Assembly: GCA_963728205.1 (NCBI GenBank)
Contig: CAVSIV010000006.1
Span: 1,536,001 to 1,600,000 of the forward strand
From: an uncultured Chloroflexia bacterium
GTDB taxonomy: Bacteria; Chloroflexota; Dehalococcoidia; UBA2979
Reading direction: 5' to 3'
Length of the DNA stretch: 64,000 bases
The notes under the pieces are model-generated. The model worked only from the letters and a program-made list of their open reading frames with translations. It was not told the DNA's origin and made no database searches. A program made the position numbers and the translations under genes. Positions 61,691 to 64,000 of this stretch are shown one piece after another (the first letter of the stretch is position 1; every line of letters begins with the position of its first letter).

Positions 61691-62269
61691 CTAGGCGTCC
61701 GGTGGAATGGCGAGGGCGACGTCGAGCGGCTGGCCCCACGGCATCGCGATCTGCTGCACGTCGACGTGGTAGGCGGTGCCGGCGTCGAGCATGGCGCGCA
61801 GGCGCGACTCGGCGCCGCGCCCCACGAGGATGCGGTTTCCGCAGCAGCAACCCTCGGCAGGCGGGTCGGCGAGGGCGCGGTCCAGCGCGAAGCCGGCGTC
61901 GCACCCGCAGTAGCAGTCGTAGTTCACGTCGGCGCCGCGCGCGGTGGGCGTGACGCGATAGGCGGGGATCCAGCGGTCCTTCGCGGGCGGCACGGCATGC
62001 GCACCGCCATCGGCCCCCGTCCTCGCGCCGACGACCACGCCGCGCGCCGGGCCATCGCCGAGCGGGTAGCCCTCCGCGACGAGCGCGGCGGCGAGCCGGT
62101 CGAGTGCCGCCCCGCCCTCGACGTCGACGACGAACGACTTCGCCTCGGGGTCGCCCGCGAGGAAGCGTGCGCCGTCCACGGCGTTCGCGGTGCGCTCGAT
62201 GGTGGCGATGCAGTGCTCGCAGGTGATGTCCGGTGCGTACAGGGTGAGCTGGGCCAACGGTGACTCCAT
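61691..62269 (-). CDS. CopZ-like HMA domain fused to a Cys-rich domain
   Basis: DITCEHC...EGYP, then YDCYCGC and EGCCCG. Confidence 0.82.
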   Translation of the reverse strand: MESPLAQLTLYAPDITCEHCIATIERTANAVDGARFLAGDPEAKSFVVDVEGGAALDRLAAALVAEGYPLGDGPARGVVVGARTGADGGAHAVPPAKDRWIPAYRVTPTARGADVNYDCYCGCDAGFALDRALADPPAEGCCCGNRILVGRGAESRLRAMLDAGTAYHVDVQQIAMPWGQPLDVALAIPPDA

Positions 62270-62294
62270 GTCCAGTGTGCCGGTCGACGGGGTC

Positions 62295-62332
62295 AGCATA
62301 GCACGACCCGTACCCCCTGGGAGGGGGTACGG
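62295..62332 (-). promoter_or_regulatory. CsoR operator next to an extended -10 promoter
   Basis: CCGTACCCCCT-GGG-AGGGGGTACGG perfect inverted repeat (62308-62332) matches the TACCCC..GGGGTA type; minus-strand TGcTATGCT at 62303-62295. Confidence 0.85.
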
Positions 62333-62334
62333 AC

Positions 62335-63807
62335 ATGCCGGTACGCGCCGAACTCGACATACTGGCCCGGCGTCCGGGGGGCACGCGGTTTCACGGGGCG
62401 GAGAGCCCATTGCGCGCCGTCTGGCTGTCGACACGAGCAAGCCGGCCGTGGCGGTTCCGCAACCGCCGGGCCACGAACCACCCGCGCACGTCGTTCGAGA
62501 CGCGCGTGCTCGGCACGCCGCCGCGGCGCTGGTTCATGGTCGACGGCGTCTTCGCGAGCGCGTCCGACGTGGTCATCGTCCGCTTCCTCAGCATCTACGC
62601 GATCGCGCTCGGCGCTTCGAACGCCGAGATCGGCTGGCTCGCGATCGCGAACGGGCTCGCGGGCGCGCTCGCGCTGGCGCCGGGCGCGTGGATCGCGGAG
62701 CGCGTGCACTCGCGGAAGCTCGTGGTGCTGCTGACCGGGGGCGGCGTCGGGCGCGTCGCGCTGCTGCTGATGGCCGGCGCGCCGCTGTGGATGGCGAACC
62801 ACCAGGCGGTCTACGCGCTGGTCGTGCTCACCGGGCTGCGCTGGTTCGCCGGGAGCCTCGGCCACCCGTCGTGGATCTCGCTGTTGTCCGACATCGTGCC
62901 GGTGGACCTGCGCCGTCTCTACGTCTCGCGGCGGATGCTCGCGATCGCGGTCGTCGCCGCGGTGGGCGCGCCGCTTGCCGGATTCGCCATCCGCTGGCTC
63001 GGCGGGGTCGACTCGGTGAGCGCGTACCAGTGGGTGTTCCTCGGGGCCTTCGTGCTCGGCGTGGTGAGCACGTTCGCGTACTCGCGAATCGCGGAGCCGC
63101 CGCGGCCGCCGCACGCCGAGCGTCCGCGCGGGTCGACGCGGGAGATGTTGCGCGACCGGGCGTTCGTGCGCTTCATGGGCGGCACGCTGCTGCTGCACTC
63201 GTTCACGATGATCGCCGGCCCATTCTTCGCGGCGTACCTGGTGCGCAACCTCGGCGCGAACGCCGCCGAGGTCGGCATCCTCGCGACGGTCGACGCGACC
63301 TCGGCCGTGGTCGGCCAGTACCTGGCCGGTGGGTTCGCGATGCGGTGGGGGTCGATGCGGCTGATGATCGGCAGCATGTTCCTGCTGCCGCTGCTCCCGC
63401 TGCTGTGGGCCGTGTCGCAGCAGCCGTGGCACACGGCGATCCCGAACCTGCTCGGCGGCGGGGCGTGGGCGGCGTGGAACCTCGCGGCGTTCAACCTGGT
63501 GCTCGAGTACGCGCCGGAGGACAACCTGCCGCGCTACGCGGCGAGCCACCAGACGATGGTGCTTGCGGCGTCGCTGATCGGACCCGTGATCGGGACCGCG
63601 ATCGTCGCGGCGTACGGACTGCGCGCGGCGATGGTGGTCTCGGCGATCGGCCGCGTGTTCGCGCTCGGCGTGATGATGTGGCCGGGCGGCGGGGGCGCCG
63701 CCGCGGAGGAGTCGGCAGCGGTCGGCGCCGACTCCTCTGCGGACGCGCCGCGGGCGACGCGTGCCGATGCGGTTGCCGACCGGCAACGGCCGGCGCAGCA
63801 GGTATAG
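62335..63807 (+). CDS. MFS transporter (true start probably downstream of 62335)
   Basis: About 12 TM helices; [31 protein letters not shown]. Confidence 0.85.
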   Translation: MPVRAELDILARRPGGTRFHGAESPLRAVWLSTRASRPWRFRNRRATNHPRTSFETRVLGTPPRRWFMVDGVFASASDVVIVRFLSIYAIALGASNAEIGWLAIANGLAGALALAPGAWIAERVHSRKLVVLLTGGGVGRVALLLMAGAPLWMANHQAVYALVVLTGLRWFAGSLGHPSWISLLSDIVPVDLRRLYVSRRMLAIAVVAAVGAPLAGFAIRWLGGVDSVSAYQWVFLGAFVLGVVSTFAYSRIAEPPRPPHAERPRGSTREMLRDRAFVRFMGGTLLLHSFTMIAGPFFAAYLVRNLGANAAEVGILATVDATSAVVGQYLAGGFAMRWGSMRLMIGSMFLLPLLPLLWAVSQQPWHTAIPNLLGGGAWAAWNLAAFNLVLEYAPEDNLPRYAASHQTMVLAASLIGPVIGTAIVAAYGLRAAMVVSAIGRVFALGVMMWPGGGGAAAEESAAVGADSSADAPRATRADAVADRQRPAQQV

Positions 63808-63814
63808 TCCGGGC

Positions 63815-64000
63815 ATGCAGCTCGTCCACGCGTCCTGGCACCCCGGCGGCGACGCCGACCCCGTTCCCACCCTGATCGCGATGCACGGCCACGGCGCGCA
63901 CGCGCAGGACCTGCTCGGGGTCGCGCCGTTCCTCGCCGGCGGTCGGCTCCAGATCATCTGTCCCGAGGCCGAGTTCGTGCTGCAGGCGGGGATGCTCGGC
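63815..64000 (+). CDS. Phospholipase/carboxylesterase-type hydrolase (5' part)
   Basis: PTLIAMHGHGAHAQDLLG...ICPEA; runs off the window end. Confidence 0.75.
   Translation, partial: MQLVHASWHPGGDADPVPTLIAMHGHGAHAQDLLGVAPFLAGGRLQIICPEAEFVLQAGMLG

Noticed and set aside
58947-62384. 1145-aa giant CopA
   Set aside because: The N-terminal 360 aa are an off-frame read-through of csoR and the HMA gene; the real start is the ATG at 61301 with a GGAG RBS.

Overview
A high-GC core-genome window. The gene content (F420-dependent enzymes, many CoA-ester enzymes, Rex, CsoR, a sortase-like anchor, no outer-membrane genes seen) suggests a monoderm such as Chloroflexota/Dehalococcoidia, but this is inference only. 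In order it carries: nhaA (partial); a stand-alone di-iron ferritin-like enzyme; an acyl-CoA catabolic/electron-transfer region (SDR, two crotonases, two tandem paralogous microproteins, a Rieske-like protein lacking cluster ligands, acyl-CoA ligase, FadF/HdrF-like Fe-S oxidoreductase, EtfBA); coaE with an orphan CbbQ/NorQ AAA+ ATPase and a 1095-aa CbbO/NorD-type VWA protein carrying N-terminal helical repeats; a Phd-PIN toxin-antitoxin pair; cinA; a GltD/NfnB-like flavoprotein; a MoxR-DUF58-DUF4129 trio; murI and pyrF; a complete F1Fo ATP synthase operon with a Rex-like operator; an Asp-variant murA; mreB/mbl; rex; pabBC; aroF; ispH; and a CsoR-controlled copper operon with an unusual HMA-Cys-rich fusion. 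A dispersed palindromic repeat family occurs at four intergenic sites, including a 4-copy tandem array. Single-base frameshifts in several essential genes most likely reflect sequencing or assembly error. No CRISPR array, rRNA, tRNA or transposase was recognised. All assignments come from motifs read by eye; no database search was run.
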